Positions 28,541 to 38,703 of a DNA stretch of 64,000 nucleotides are shown here, one piece after another; position 1 is the first letter of the stretch, and each line of letters begins with the position of its first letter. The translations under genes were made by a program, and so were the position numbers. Below the pieces are notes generated by a model, which was given only the letters and a program-made list of their open reading frames with translations, did not search any database and had not been told where the DNA came from. This DNA comes from a candidate division FCPU426 bacterium (lineage in GTDB: Bacteria; Oederibacteriota; Muellerivitia; Muellerivitales; Muellerivitaceae), in the NCBI GenBank assembly GCA_963719085.1, contig CAVRAL010000001.1:832001-896000 (forward strand). The letters are read 5' to 3'.

Positions 28541-30454
28541 TTAAGAGACGACCCCGAGAACCGCTGATTTTTGGGAGGCGATCAGTTTTTTTACTTCGGC
28601 GGCGATCTGGTGGGCTTCCAGCCCGCAATGTTCCCGTTGAAGCTGGGGTTTGCCGTGCTCGATGAATTCATCGGGAATGCCGATCTGCTTCACCACGCAA
28701 TCGCTGATGCCGTTGCGTTGCAAGGCTTCCATGACCGCGCTTCCAAATCCGCCGGCCTTCACGTTTTCTTCCAGGGTCAACAGCACCTTGTTTTTCCGGG
28801 CGATGGAAACCAATAACTTCTCGTCGATCGGCTTCACAAAACGCATATTGGCGACGGTTCCCTCGAAGCCTTCTTTTTTCAATTGGGTCCGGACCGCTTT
28901 CGCGACGCCCACCATGCGGCCGATGGCCAGCAAGGCGTAGTCTTTGCCCTCTTCCAGCAATTGTCCCTTGCCGATTTCAACTTTTTTGAATCCCGGCTCA
29001 AGCGCCACGCCTTCCCCGTTGCCGCGCGGGTAGCGCAAGGCGATGGGCCCGTTATATTCGGTGGCGGTGTAAAGCATATTGCGCAGCTCGTTCTCGTCCG
29101 ACGGCGCCATCACCACCATATTGGGCACACAGCGCAGGTAACTCAGGTCGTAAACGCCTTGGTGCGTCTCGCCGTCGTCGCCGACCAAGCCGCCGCGGTC
29201 CAGCGCGAAAACCACCGGCAATTTTTGAAGACAAACGTCATGGATGATTTGGTCAAAGGCCCTTTGTAAAAAGGTGGAATAGATGGCCGCCACGGGCTTG
29301 ATTCCCTCGCAGGCCAACCCCGCCGCCATGCAGATGGCGTGTTCCTCGGCGATGCCCACGTCAATAAAACGCTTGGGAAATTTCTGGCCGAAAGCTTTTA
29401 ATCCCGTTCCCTCCGGCATGGCCGCCGTGATGGCGACGAGCTTCTCGTTTTTCTCGGCCAGCTCGATCATGGCGTCGCCGAAAACCTTGGTATAGCTGGG
29501 CGGGGCCGGCACGGTGGAAACCGCGCTCTTCCCCGTTTGTTTGTCGAACACGCTGACGCCGTGGAACTTTTCCGGGTTTTCCTCGGCCGGGGCATAGCCC
29601 TTGCCCTTTTTGGTGACCACGTGAAGCATCACGGGCCCTTTCAGTTCCTTCACCCGGCGCAAAATCTCGATCAAGGTCGGCAGGTTGTGGCCGTCCAAAG
29701 GACCGTAATAACGGAAACCCAATTCCTCAAACAAAGTCCCCGGCGTGACGAAACCTTTCAAGGCTTCCTCGGCGTGATGGGCCATCTTCACCATCTGGGG
29801 CCCCACATTGGGGATCTTGTCGATCAATCCCTCGATGTTGCTTTTGGTTTGGTTGAAGGTTTTGCCGGTCAGAATTTTATTGAGGTAGCTCGTCATCGCG
29901 CCCACACTGGGCGAGATGGACATTTCGTTGTCGTTCAGGATAACGGTGAGTTTCATATCCGGATGGTCGCCGATATTATTCATGGCTTCCATCGCCATGC
30001 CGTTGGTGATGGCGGCGTCGCCCACCACGGCCACGACGTTGAAGTTTTTCTTTTGAATGTCCCGGGCCATCGCCATTCCGCAAGCGGCGGACAAGGCGGT
30101 CCCGGCGTGACCCACGGCGAAGGTATCGTATTCACTCTCGTTGCGTTTCGGGAAACCGCAGAGGCCCTGGTACTGGCGAAGGGTCGGGAAACGGTCCCGG
30201 CGGCCCGTGATGGCCTTATGGCCATAAGCTTGGTGCCCGACGTCCCACACGATGCGGTCATTGGGGGTGTCATAAACATAGTGCATGGCCAGGGTCATCT
30301 CGACCGCGCCGAGGCTGGCGCCCAAATGCCCGCCGGTTTCAGCGACGGCCGTCACCAAAAAGTCCCGCAATTCCTCAGCGACCTTGGGAAGCGCCTCCAT
30401 CGGAAGCTTCCTCAGGTCAGCCGGGGTGTGAATGTTGTCCAAATATTCGTACAT
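28541..30454 (-). CDS. dxs: 1-deoxy-D-xylulose-5-phosphate synthase
   Basis: GGHLGASLG, WDVGHQAY, NDNEMSI, DVGIAEEHA and IALRYPRG. Confidence 0.97.
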   Translation of the reverse strand: MYEYLDNIHTPADLRKLPMEALPKVAEELRDFLVTAVAETGGHLGASLGAVEMTLAMHYVYDTPNDRIVWDVGHQAYGHKAITGRRDRFPTLRQYQGLCGFPKRNESEYDTFAVGHAGTALSAACGMAMARDIQKKNFNVVAVVGDAAITNGMAMEAMNNIGDHPDMKLTVILNDNEMSISPSVGAMTSYLNKILTGKTFNQTKSNIEGLIDKIPNVGPQMVKMAHHAEEALKGFVTPGTLFEELGFRYYGPLDGHNLPTLIEILRRVKELKGPVMLHVVTKKGKGYAPAEENPEKFHGVSVFDKQTGKSAVSTVPAPPSYTKVFGDAMIELAEKNEKLVAITAAMPEGTGLKAFGQKFPKRFIDVGIAEEHAICMAAGLACEGIKPVAAIYSTFLQRAFDQIIHDVCLQKLPVVFALDRGGLVGDDGETHQGVYDLSYLRCVPNMVVMAPSDENELRNMLYTATEYNGPIALRYPRGNGEGVALEPGFKKVEIGKGQLLEEGKDYALLAIGRMVGVAKAVRTQLKKEGFEGTVANMRFVKPIDEKLLVSIARKNKVLLTLEENVKAGGFGSAVMEALQRNGISDCVVKQIGIPDEFIEHGKPQLQREHCGLEAHQIAAEVKKLIASQKSAVLGVVS

Positions 30455-30480
30455 GCGGTCCTCTTAAAAGCTAAAGATAA

Positions 30481-30582
30481 TTTTCACCGCCAAGACGCCA
30501 AGCTCGCCAAGAAAATCAAGAATTATGGTTTTTCAAAATTCTTAAATCTTCCCTTGGTGCCCTTGGCGTCTTGGCGGTAAAA
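30481..30582. repeat. Family A palindromic element, intergenic
   Basis: ttttcaccgccaagacgccaagctcgccaag ... cttggtgcccttggcgtcttggcggtaaaa. Confidence 0.92.
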
Positions 30583-30601
30583 CATGTTTTGTCTTCTTCG
30601 T

Positions 30602-31051
30602 CTATATCGAGTAAGCCACAATCGCCACGGCGATCCCCACAAAAGCCCCCACAAAAACCTGGGTCGGTGTGTGTCCCAGCAGTTCCTTCAATTTCGCGGG
30701 GGGGATGGGCTTATTCTTGTAAAAGTCGTCCACCAGCTCGTTCAGGATCTGGGCCTGTTGGCCCGCGGCGCGTCTTACCCCCGCGGCGTCCGACATGATG
30801 ACCAGGGCCATTCCCAAAGCCAAAAAGAAGACCGGCGAGTCAAAACCGGCCTCGTAACCGATCGAAGTCGCCAAACCGCAAACAAAGGCCGAATGGGAAC
30901 TCGGCATTCCCCCGGTGCCCACAAATAGGCGAAAGTTGATTTTACGGTGTTTTAAATAGTAATTCAACACTTTGAATCCCTGGGCAAAGACCCAAGCAAG
31001 CGTCGTGACAAGCACGATTTTCGAGGGATGGTGATGGATGAAAGGATCCAA
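30602..31051 (-). CDS. Divergent PAP2 family protein (DUF212)
   Basis: TGGMPSSHSA, DAAGVRRAAG and ELLGHTP; usual position between ispA and dxs. Start placed at the TTG at 31051. Confidence 0.9.
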   Translation of the reverse strand: MDPFIHHHPSKIVLVTTLAWVFAQGFKVLNYYLKHRKINFRLFVGTGGMPSSHSAFVCGLATSIGYEAGFDSPVFFLALGMALVIMSDAAGVRRAAGQQAQILNELVDDFYKNKPIPPAKLKELLGHTPTQVFVGAFVGIAVAIVAYSI

Positions 31052-31052
31052 T

Positions 31053-31949
31053 TTAAATCGTCCTTTCCGCCATGTATTGCGCCAGCGCCACCAAGGGAGC
31101 GGCTTTCGCGCCAAAGGGTTTCAAAACCGCGACCGCTTCTTGGGTGAGCTTGGTCACTTCCCTTTTCGACGCCGACAATCCGACAGCGGCCGGATAGGTC
31201 ATTTTACCCCGGGCCTGGTCGCTTCCCGCCGACTTCCCCATTTTTTTCGCGTCACCGGTAGCGTTTAAGATATCGTCCACGATTTGAAAAGCCAATCCCG
31301 CCGCCCGGCCATAACGGGTAAAAGCCGAAACCGTTTTATCGGAAGCGCCAACCAGAATCGACGGTAAACGAACTGAAGATAAAAGAAGCGCCCCCGTTTT
31401 GCGGCTATGGATAGAGTAGACCTTTTTCAAACTGGGCTTCTGCTTCTCCGCCAAGATATCGTCCACCTGTCCGCCCACCATACCCGGATAACCCGCGTGA
31501 AAAGCCAATTCATGAATCACCATCGGCAGGTTCTTAAGATATTTTGAAGGAATTTGAGTCGGATCTGAAACCCATTGAAAAGCCAGGGTCTGAAGCCCAT
31601 CCCCCGCCAAAATGGCCATAGCTTCGCCAAAGACCTTGTGGTTGGTTTTGACTCCCCGACGATAATCATCATCATCTAAAGCTGGAAGATCGTCGTGGAT
31701 GAGGCTGTAAGTGTGGATGAGCTCCAACGCGCAAGCAATACGAAGCGCCGCCTTCTGCGGCAATCCCACCGCATCCGCCGCTGCCAGGCAAAGGACAGGT
31801 CGAAGCCGCTTGCCCCCGGCAAAAACGCTATAGCGCATCGATTCCCAAAGTCTCGTGGGACAGTCCCCGCGAGACTTAAAGACTTCCTTCAGGGCCGCAT
31901 CGACGATTTTTTGCTGTTGGACAAGGTACTGCGTGATTGAAAAGATCAA
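31053..31949 (-). CDS. ispA: Farnesyl/geranylgeranyl diphosphate synthase
   Basis: GGKRLRP, SLIHDDLPALDDDDYRRG and FQIVDD. Confidence 0.93.
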   Translation of the reverse strand: MIFSITQYLVQQQKIVDAALKEVFKSRGDCPTRLWESMRYSVFAGGKRLRPVLCLAAADAVGLPQKAALRIACALELIHTYSLIHDDLPALDDDDYRRGVKTNHKVFGEAMAILAGDGLQTLAFQWVSDPTQIPSKYLKNLPMVIHELAFHAGYPGMVGGQVDDILAEKQKPSLKKVYSIHSRKTGALLLSSVRLPSILVGASDKTVSAFTRYGRAAGLAFQIVDDILNATGDAKKMGKSAGSDQARGKMTYPAAVGLSASKREVTKLTQEAVAVLKPFGAKAAPLVALAQYMAERTI

Positions 31950-31972
31950 TTGGTTTTCCTGGAAGATTTTCT

Positions 31973-32019
31973 GTCATTGCGAGGAGCGATTTTTGTGACT
32001 TTTAGTGACGCGGCAATCT
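31973..32019. repeat. Solitary GTCATTGCGAG...GCAATC-type palindromic unit
   Basis: gtcattgcgaggagcg-atttttgtgactttt-agtgacgcggcaatct; one copy in the window. Confidence 0.55.
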
Positions 32020-32036
32020 AAGTCTATGGGGTATTC

Positions 32037-32252
32037 TTATTCCGCTTCATCTTTCGACTTAGCCGTTTTCAGCAGCTGTTTGACCTTCTTCTCGATCTCG
32101 TTCAAGCGCTGGTTACATTCCTTAGTCAGCTTCATGCCCTCTTCAAATAGCTTAAGCGAATCCTCGAGTTTGAGGTCTTCGGACTCCATCTTAGAAACGA
32201 TGGTTTCGAGCTTGCCGAGTGAATCTTCGAATGACGGTTGTTGGTTGGCCAT
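32037..32252 (-). CDS. xseB: Exodeoxyribonuclease VII small subunit
   Basis: SFEDSLGKLETIV...LEDSLKLFEEG; upstream of ispA. Confidence 0.95.
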   Translation of the reverse strand: MANQQPSFEDSLGKLETIVSKMESEDLKLEDSLKLFEEGMKLTKECNQRLNEIEKKVKQLLKTAKSKDEAE

Positions 32253-32336
32253 GATTGCCTCTCAATTAAGATTGGGATATTTTACTCGACTTCAAACAGG
32301 AAATGTTTGGTTTCAGTAGTATGAAATACCCATTTT

Positions 32337-33605
32337 TCATTGAGGGCGTTCAATTAATTTAGTTTCGATGCTGACAAGAAAATCGCGAATGATCCTGTAT
32401 TCTTTTTGGCTTAAATCAATGATTTCGCTAATTTTTTTGTGTTTTCGTTTAAAGGCGTTAAATTTATTTTTATTTTTTCCAATCAACAACAAAGCGTACT
32501 TTGCGGTCGTTTCTGGCTCAAATATATATAACCACTTACTCAAAGAAATTTGATAATCCGTCTTTTTGAAAATTTTATCCGATAGTGCTTTTAAAGTCTT
32601 TAGCTCATTTTGAGTTGTTTTTAGTGTTTTCTCGTCAAGTTTAAAAAGCGAACTGACTTTCTCGATGGATTTTTTAGACGGGCTTGTTTTTTTAGACTCG
32701 ATTTTCAGGAGACGAGTAATTTTCTGAAGATTGTTGAATTTTTTGTCGCTACTTTTCGCCGTTTCAATTATTTGTTTTTCATAATGCGATAAAATCTTAT
32801 CTAATTCTTCTTGAGATTTTTTAAATATTTCTGGAAGTGTCGATCCCTTTAAATATTCGGCGTACTTTTTTTCAGCATTTGGAAGCGAAATCTCATTCAC
32901 GATAATAGAAGTTTGCAAATTCCTAAGGTTCGATAACACCCATTCTTCTTGAGGTAATTTGGATAGGTGTGAAGTAATTAAAAAAACGGCCGTCAATAAA
33001 AGACCAATTCGAATGTCACTAAAGTTAACAACAATATTTCCCGAATCTTTAATTTCCAGCAAAACAAAAAACAGAATAACCAATCTTGAAAATATGATGA
33101 AGGGAGAAACTTTCAAAAAACCTTTGTTTTTTAATAGTGGGAGATCAAAAAAGTTTAATGCTAAAACCACTAAAAAATTGGAAAGATCGAAGATCAAGAA
33201 AAAGTAAATGGCCCAATATGTTTCAAAACTATGTTTTTCGCTCTGAAAAAATAAATAAAGCAATGTTAAGCTTTTGAAGAGTGATGCACTCAGGAGCAAT
33301 CTTATCTCTGGGTTAATTTGCAAAAATCTCGGTTTTTCACCTTCCGATTGTAATTGGGAGGTGTTTAAAAATTTAAAATCTTCAAATAAGTCATATAAAA
33401 TTGAAAAAAATACAAACCACCATAATGAATTAATTAGAGAAAAGTCGTTTTTTTCGGCTATCACAAGAAACATCCAACAGAGCGTGGCCATTGCGCCCCA
33501 CGCAACCCAAAGATTTACTCCACGATTTTTCTGTTCGGATTCCAAACTTTTAATTTTTAAATCGATCAACTCAATCAGATTAAATTTATCGGATTTTCGA
33601 ACCAT
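32337..33605 (-). CDS. AT-rich hypothetical membrane protein with N-terminal TMs and a Lys-rich helical C-terminus
   Basis: 422 aa ORF with a GAGG SD; markedly lower GC than its flanks. Confidence 0.7.
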   Translation of the reverse strand: MVRKSDKFNLIELIDLKIKSLESEQKNRGVNLWVAWGAMATLCWMFLVIAEKNDFSLINSLWWFVFFSILYDLFEDFKFLNTSQLQSEGEKPRFLQINPEIRLLLSASLFKSLTLLYLFFQSEKHSFETYWAIYFFLIFDLSNFLVVLALNFFDLPLLKNKGFLKVSPFIIFSRLVILFFVLLEIKDSGNIVVNFSDIRIGLLLTAVFLITSHLSKLPQEEWVLSNLRNLQTSIIVNEISLPNAEKKYAEYLKGSTLPEIFKKSQEELDKILSHYEKQIIETAKSSDKKFNNLQKITRLLKIESKKTSPSKKSIEKVSSLFKLDEKTLKTTQNELKTLKALSDKIFKKTDYQISLSKWLYIFEPETTAKYALLLIGKNKNKFNAFKRKHKKISEIIDLSQKEYRIIRDFLVSIETKLIERPQ

Positions 33606-33894
33606 TACTAAAACCTCATTTATTTAGTTCTTGGACATAGATTGGTTTCTGATACATAAGAAACAAAGTTCAATTTTTTAAGATTACGAATTTGACTAAT
33701 TTTTGATGACTTTCTAAGTGGAAAACAGAACATTGTATAAATGTCGCATTTTGGATGGCCTGGGCCGATACTCAAAACCATTATCTATTAATAAATTCTG
33801 CAAAATAATACGCTTGCATTGACATTTTAGCCCAAATAGGCGCAGTATACGCACATTAGTTAAGGTTAAACGTACAGCCCTCTGCGGAGGTTAT

Positions 33895-35013
33895 ATGGCC
33901 AAAAGCCATCCTCGAAAGCAGAGCCTTCTGCAAAAGGCCCTCCAAGAAAAAAAGGTTCTTCAACACCAAGTTCTCATGTATCAGCGCCTGATGGAAATCA
34001 TGCGGGATGAGAGCAGTTTTGAAGCCATCCTCAAAGCCCTCATCAACCTGATCACCAAAGGTCTGGGCTATGACCGCGCCGGCATCTTTCTGGCCGAACG
34101 GGAAAAAGGCATTGTCGAGTTAGTCCTCGGCATCGACCGCTACGGCCATTTTGAAGGCGGCAGTAAGGCTTACCAATATCCGCTCTCCCCTCTCAAGGGA
34201 ACCAACTGGATATCCGACATGGTTTACGGCCACACGAAACCCTTCTTCGCCAATAACCTGACCCGGCTCCCAGCCAATAAACCGCTTCCGCCCAATTTGC
34301 CTCCGATGGTCATTTGCAACGCCGTGGTTCCTATTACCGTGAGCAATAACGACATCATCGGCGTGATCGCGGTAGACAATCTTTTTACCAAACGCAAATT
34401 GAAAAAGTCCGATCTCAAATCTTTGCTCAATTTCGCCACCGAAGCCGGGCTGGCCATCGAATCCTTCCGGTTACATGAAAAAATCAGGAGCATGTCTTTC
34501 AAAGACGGTTTGACCGGCGCTTTTAACCGCCGTCATTTTGAGAATTATTTTCCCCGGGAAGTTCAGCGCTGTGGCCGCTATGACCGGCAGTTGGGGCTTA
34601 TCTATGTGGACTTGGATCATTTCAAAAGCATTAACGATCAATTCGGGCATGCCACGGGCGACTTGGTTTTAAAAACAACGGCCGAACGGATGATGAATGT
34701 CCTGCGCAACGTGGATACGGTGGTGAGGATCGGCGGGGATGAGTTCGCGGTGATCTTGCCCGAAGTCGATCCGGAAGGCGTCAAGTATGTGGCCATGCGG
34801 CTGTTTCAAGCCATTACCCGCATCCCCATGCCCTTAGAGCAGATGGGACACCCGGACAAAAAGATCGGCGTCAGCATGGGCGTGGCCTGCATGGTCAAGC
34901 CCTCAACCGATCACAATGCCCTGATTCGCTTGGCGGATCAAAGTTTGTACGAGGCCAAAAAGGCGGGCCGCAACCGGGTGGGCGTAATGATGTTTGGTGG
35001 TGGAGCCGGGTAA
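33895..35013 (+). CDS. GAF-sensor diguanylate cyclase
   Basis: DGLTGAFNRR, DLDHFKSINDQFGH, RIGGDEF and ADQSLYEAK; GGAGG SD. Confidence 0.93.
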   Translation: MAKSHPRKQSLLQKALQEKKVLQHQVLMYQRLMEIMRDESSFEAILKALINLITKGLGYDRAGIFLAEREKGIVELVLGIDRYGHFEGGSKAYQYPLSPLKGTNWISDMVYGHTKPFFANNLTRLPANKPLPPNLPPMVICNAVVPITVSNNDIIGVIAVDNLFTKRKLKKSDLKSLLNFATEAGLAIESFRLHEKIRSMSFKDGLTGAFNRRHFENYFPREVQRCGRYDRQLGLIYVDLDHFKSINDQFGHATGDLVLKTTAERMMNVLRNVDTVVRIGGDEFAVILPEVDPEGVKYVAMRLFQAITRIPMPLEQMGHPDKKIGVSMGVACMVKPSTDHNALIRLADQSLYEAKKAGRNRVGVMMFGGGAG

Positions 35014-35053
35014 ACAAGACGAACCACTTCACCACGCTTCATCCACTATCCAG

Positions 35054-36115
35054 TCACCGATCCGGGTAGAAACAAGGGATATCCGTCCTGTCCAACGTTT
35101 GAGGAGCTCCAAGTATGAACTTGTGATTAGTTTCATTCCAAATCAATGGCACTCGATCGCACGATATGCCTGGGGCACTCTGGTATAAGAACAAGGAATT
35201 CTGTTCCTCTCGCAGCAGTGTCTTCCAACCGTCTCTCATCGCCGTATATTTAAAAACTTTTTTAAATTTTCCATTTTCAAATAGGTAAATCGCGCTTCCT
35301 GGAGTGGGTGAGGTATTTTCATGGTGAATGTCGTCATCCAGTATTAAAAGTCCCTTATGCGAACCCCAGGAAATGGCCTGGTAGTCGGCACTGGTGGAAC
35401 CGATATTCGTGAATATCTTTTGGACTTGACCCTGTTTATTTCTCTCGAATATCTCACAATCATTTTCGCCTAATCCTCCGCTGTTGCTCCCAGCGTTTAC
35501 CGAATTGAGGGTGACATACATCAAACAAGGAATTGGAATAGAATCGAACGAGACTTCGTCCCAATAGGAATCGCTGCCGAGCCGTCTTTGGATATTGGGA
35601 TCATCAGAATGATAAAGAGGAATGGTAGAAAGCTTCCGGACCTGGGGCATCAATCCCAGCCAATCCTTATCAATGAAATGATAAGGAATTCCTAAAAAAT
35701 CAGGGAGAGGATCATAAGAACTTCCGTCGCTTTGATAGGCCAGAGTTTTAATCGCCAGGAAACCATTGTCTCGAGTCCCCCGCGAGAGGGAAAATCCAAA
35801 ACCGGCCTCGGTCGAGTCATGTCCCAAGTAAATGGTCTTTTCGACTGTCGTCAAGCCGCCCATTTTCCCCTTCTTAAAATTCTTCTGATAAGTAGTTATC
35901 TCAGAGGCGGCATCTGGCAAATAACCAAGGATCACTTTCACCTTGACGGTATCTTGGCGTAGTTCCCAAAGATTTATCGTCCAGTTCAACTTTTGAAAAT
36001 CCCCACTATACGTATGATTGACGCACAATTTCGCTTCGGGCGCGGGTTGGGAATAAGTCGTTGATCCAAAACAAAGGAAAATAATCAAGAATCGGAATGA
36101 GCCTTTGAGTGTCAT
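35054..36115 (-). CDS. Hypothetical exported protein
   Basis: 353 aa ORF with a signal-peptide-like N-terminus; no motif recognised. Confidence 0.65.
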   Translation of the reverse strand: MTLKGSFRFLIIFLCFGSTTYSQPAPEAKLCVNHTYSGDFQKLNWTINLWELRQDTVKVKVILGYLPDAASEITTYQKNFKKGKMGGLTTVEKTIYLGHDSTEAGFGFSLSRGTRDNGFLAIKTLAYQSDGSSYDPLPDFLGIPYHFIDKDWLGLMPQVRKLSTIPLYHSDDPNIQRRLGSDSYWDEVSFDSIPIPCLMYVTLNSVNAGSNSGGLGENDCEIFERNKQGQVQKIFTNIGSTSADYQAISWGSHKGLLILDDDIHHENTSPTPGSAIYLFENGKFKKVFKYTAMRDGWKTLLREEQNSLFLYQSAPGISCDRVPLIWNETNHKFILGAPQTLDRTDIPCFYPDR

Positions 36116-36120
36116 GAAGA

Positions 36121-36567
36121 CTAACCTTTTCGCAAATCAGCGTTGCTGACATGATTGGCGAAATGCCAGGAATGAAAATTTAGCCACTGCTTTTTGGTGA
36201 AGGGCCCTAAAACCGGGTGGTCGCTGACAGGCCCCTCAAATTCCTCGAAGGTATCCAAAGCTTTACGATATTTCAAAACCGCTTCCGTCTCATTCCCTTC
36301 GATCCGTTCCTTCGCCGGCCCCGGAAGACCCCGTGGAATTCGGCCGTAGAGCTTGAAAGCGATATAAGCGACCGGACCCACAAACCACTTTCGGATAAAA
36401 GGCATTTCGTGCTTGGCGCCCTTCAGGCTGTTTTCAATGCCCTTCGTCAAATGGGTGATGATTTGGTAATAGGACCAGCTTCCTGTGGTCGTCACCGGGC
36501 CTTTTTCAAGCCGAGCCAATTCTTGGCGGATATGCGCAAAGTTTTGGCAACGAAGTTTACGGGGCAT
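36121..36567 (-). CDS. DUF1569 / DinB-like protein
   Basis: GSWSYYQIITHL ... HPVLGPFTKKQW...H..H. Confidence 0.75.
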   Translation of the reverse strand: MPRKLRCQNFAHIRQELARLEKGPVTTTGSWSYYQIITHLTKGIENSLKGAKHEMPFIRKWFVGPVAYIAFKLYGRIPRGLPGPAKERIEGNETEAVLKYRKALDTFEEFEGPVSDHPVLGPFTKKQWLNFHSWHFANHVSNADLRKG

Positions 36568-36626
36568 TGTATTTTTTACTTTCGGACGTTGATTTCAATC
36601 TCATATGGGTTCCTAGTTTATTCATT

Positions 36627-38693
36627 TCACCAATCTTTATCGACCGCGTCCTTGGGTAGATTGTCATCAAAAATGCTGGTCACATCTTCCGGGTACAATT
36701 TAAGCGTCGGACGATAATATTTGGCTTTTAATTCGCCCCGAGAATTGGACCATCGAAAATAGCCGTCGGTTCCTTGCGTGCCCGTCAACCCAGGGGAAGT
36801 TGCGGGGGCTGGCGGCGGAGCCTTTACGGGTTGGTTTGATTTATTAATGTAACGATAAGTGGACAAGGGGCCGTCCGGGAGGTCGCAAACTTTGGCCACC
36901 CCCCCGGAAAAAGAACTCTTTTCGGACTCATCAAACGGAATAATCACATTGCCCTTTTCATCGATGAACCCGTTATAGCCGCGCTCTTCATAGACCAGCG
37001 CCAAGCCCTCCGAGAAGGGTTCACACGCGTCATATTGGGCGGGAATCACGACCTTGCCGTTTAAATCCATGTACCCCCATTGTGGCTGTAAATAGATGTG
37101 GCCATCGGAATCACTTCGGACCGTGATGGGGCACGAATATCCCAAAAGCTGATCGCCCACGCCAGCTCCCGTATCGTCAAAATCAATATCCGCTAACGTA
37201 CTCACAACCGAGCCTGTCGAATCAATGATTTTTGTTTTCCCTTCCGACTGGACGACCGCCATCCCATTCACAAAGTCCTTCGCTCGGGTGAATTGGGGGG
37301 CAATCACCGTTTGTCCTTCCCCGTTCAGATATCCCCAGGCGACTTTTTGATAACGCGTCAGTTTCCCCGAATTGTCGCCGACGTATGAATAGGGGCCCAA
37401 GATAAACTTCCCTTGAAGATTGATATAACCCTGGCCCGCGGTCGTTTCCACAAAAGCCAATCCATTCTCAAAGGACTTCGCGTTGATAAAATTCATCCCA
37501 AACTGGCGGGCCCCGGTCTTATCAATGAAGAAATAGTAATAGGTGTTTTCCGTCATCTGGCTTACTAAGGCAAAGCCTTGGGAAAAAGGCTCGGCGGTTT
37601 TAAAGCGGCCTGGAAAAGCGAAGTTTCCCGTTCGATCGATATATCGCCAACCCCGTTCAGGGTTGTCGTCATCAACCTCCAATAAAACGGGCGCCAAGCC
37701 ATTCACAAAGGGTTTTCCGGTGAATGCGAATTGGAGCGGAATGACCTGATTTCCCTTTTGGTCAATATAGCCGGCCTTGCCCGCCAGGCTCACCATCGCC
37801 AAACCCTCCGAAAAGGGCCCGGCTTCGTCATACTGAGGGGGAATGATTATTTTTCCTTTCAAATCAATGAAGCCCAATTTTTCCTTAACGCAAGTGACGG
37901 CCGCCCCTTCGTTGAAGCGACTTAAATAGCCCTGGTGATAGAAATGGTCTCCGCCATAAACCTTGTCTTTTTCGTCTTCCGACTCTCCTTGCCAGTCATA
38001 AAAATCCCGGCCCGTTTTATCGACGTAGGATTCGTATTCGATGACAGGCGAGCCATGTCCCGAGCTATAGGCTAAAACCATCCCATCCTTGAATTGGACA
38101 TGACAGACCGGATCCAAATCGCGGGGCAGCGTTTTCAAGGTGAATACGGTTTTACCCTGGCGGTTGATATAGGTTCCGCAATTCACGTTGGCCAAACCTT
38201 CCGAAAAATTGAACGCGTCGTCGAACTGGGGCACGATCACCCATTGTCCGGCGGGGTCCATAAAGCCCCACTTGCCGTTGGTTTTAACGGCGGCTAAATT
38301 TTCTGAAAAGCCACGGGCTTGATCGTATTGAAAAGGAATCACAATGGTTCCTTTCCCATCCGCGAAACCCCATTTACCGTTCAAGTTGACCGGGGCCAAT
38401 CCCCCCCGCAGATCGCCGACAAAATCGTACTTGGGCTCCAGGATATAGTTCCCCTGTTCGTCGATCAGTCCGTACTTTTCGTCAAGGAAAACAACGGCGC
38501 GCCCTTCCGAAAAATCCCGCTCAAAATCAAATCGGGCCGGGATAACGACTTGGCCCGCGGCATCCACATAGCCCATTGGGTTCACGCAGAAAAGATAAAG
38601 CGGTTTGCCTTGAGCCGTCTGGGCGACGGCGGCCTGATTCAGAACCGCCAGGAAAAAAATAAAAAAGATTGTTGGGATCCGCTTCGGCTTCAT
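36627..38693 (-). CDS. Exported WG (KWG) repeat protein
   Basis: Many FSEGLA.V...GKWGFID..G..VIP.QY repeats; signal peptide. Confidence 0.9.
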   Translation of the reverse strand: MKPKRIPTIFFIFFLAVLNQAAVAQTAQGKPLYLFCVNPMGYVDAAGQVVIPARFDFERDFSEGRAVVFLDEKYGLIDEQGNYILEPKYDFVGDLRGGLAPVNLNGKWGFADGKGTIVIPFQYDQARGFSENLAAVKTNGKWGFMDPAGQWVIVPQFDDAFNFSEGLANVNCGTYINRQGKTVFTLKTLPRDLDPVCHVQFKDGMVLAYSSGHGSPVIEYESYVDKTGRDFYDWQGESEDEKDKVYGGDHFYHQGYLSRFNEGAAVTCVKEKLGFIDLKGKIIIPPQYDEAGPFSEGLAMVSLAGKAGYIDQKGNQVIPLQFAFTGKPFVNGLAPVLLEVDDDNPERGWRYIDRTGNFAFPGRFKTAEPFSQGFALVSQMTENTYYYFFIDKTGARQFGMNFINAKSFENGLAFVETTAGQGYINLQGKFILGPYSYVGDNSGKLTRYQKVAWGYLNGEGQTVIAPQFTRAKDFVNGMAVVQSEGKTKIIDSTGSVVSTLADIDFDDTGAGVGDQLLGYSCPITVRSDSDGHIYLQPQWGYMDLNGKVVIPAQYDACEPFSEGLALVYEERGYNGFIDEKGNVIIPFDESEKSSFSGGVAKVCDLPDGPLSTYRYINKSNQPVKAPPPAPATSPGLTGTQGTDGYFRWSNSRGELKAKYYRPTLKLYPEDVTSIFDDNLPKDAVDKDW

Positions 38694-38703
38694 ATTTTTT
38701 TCC

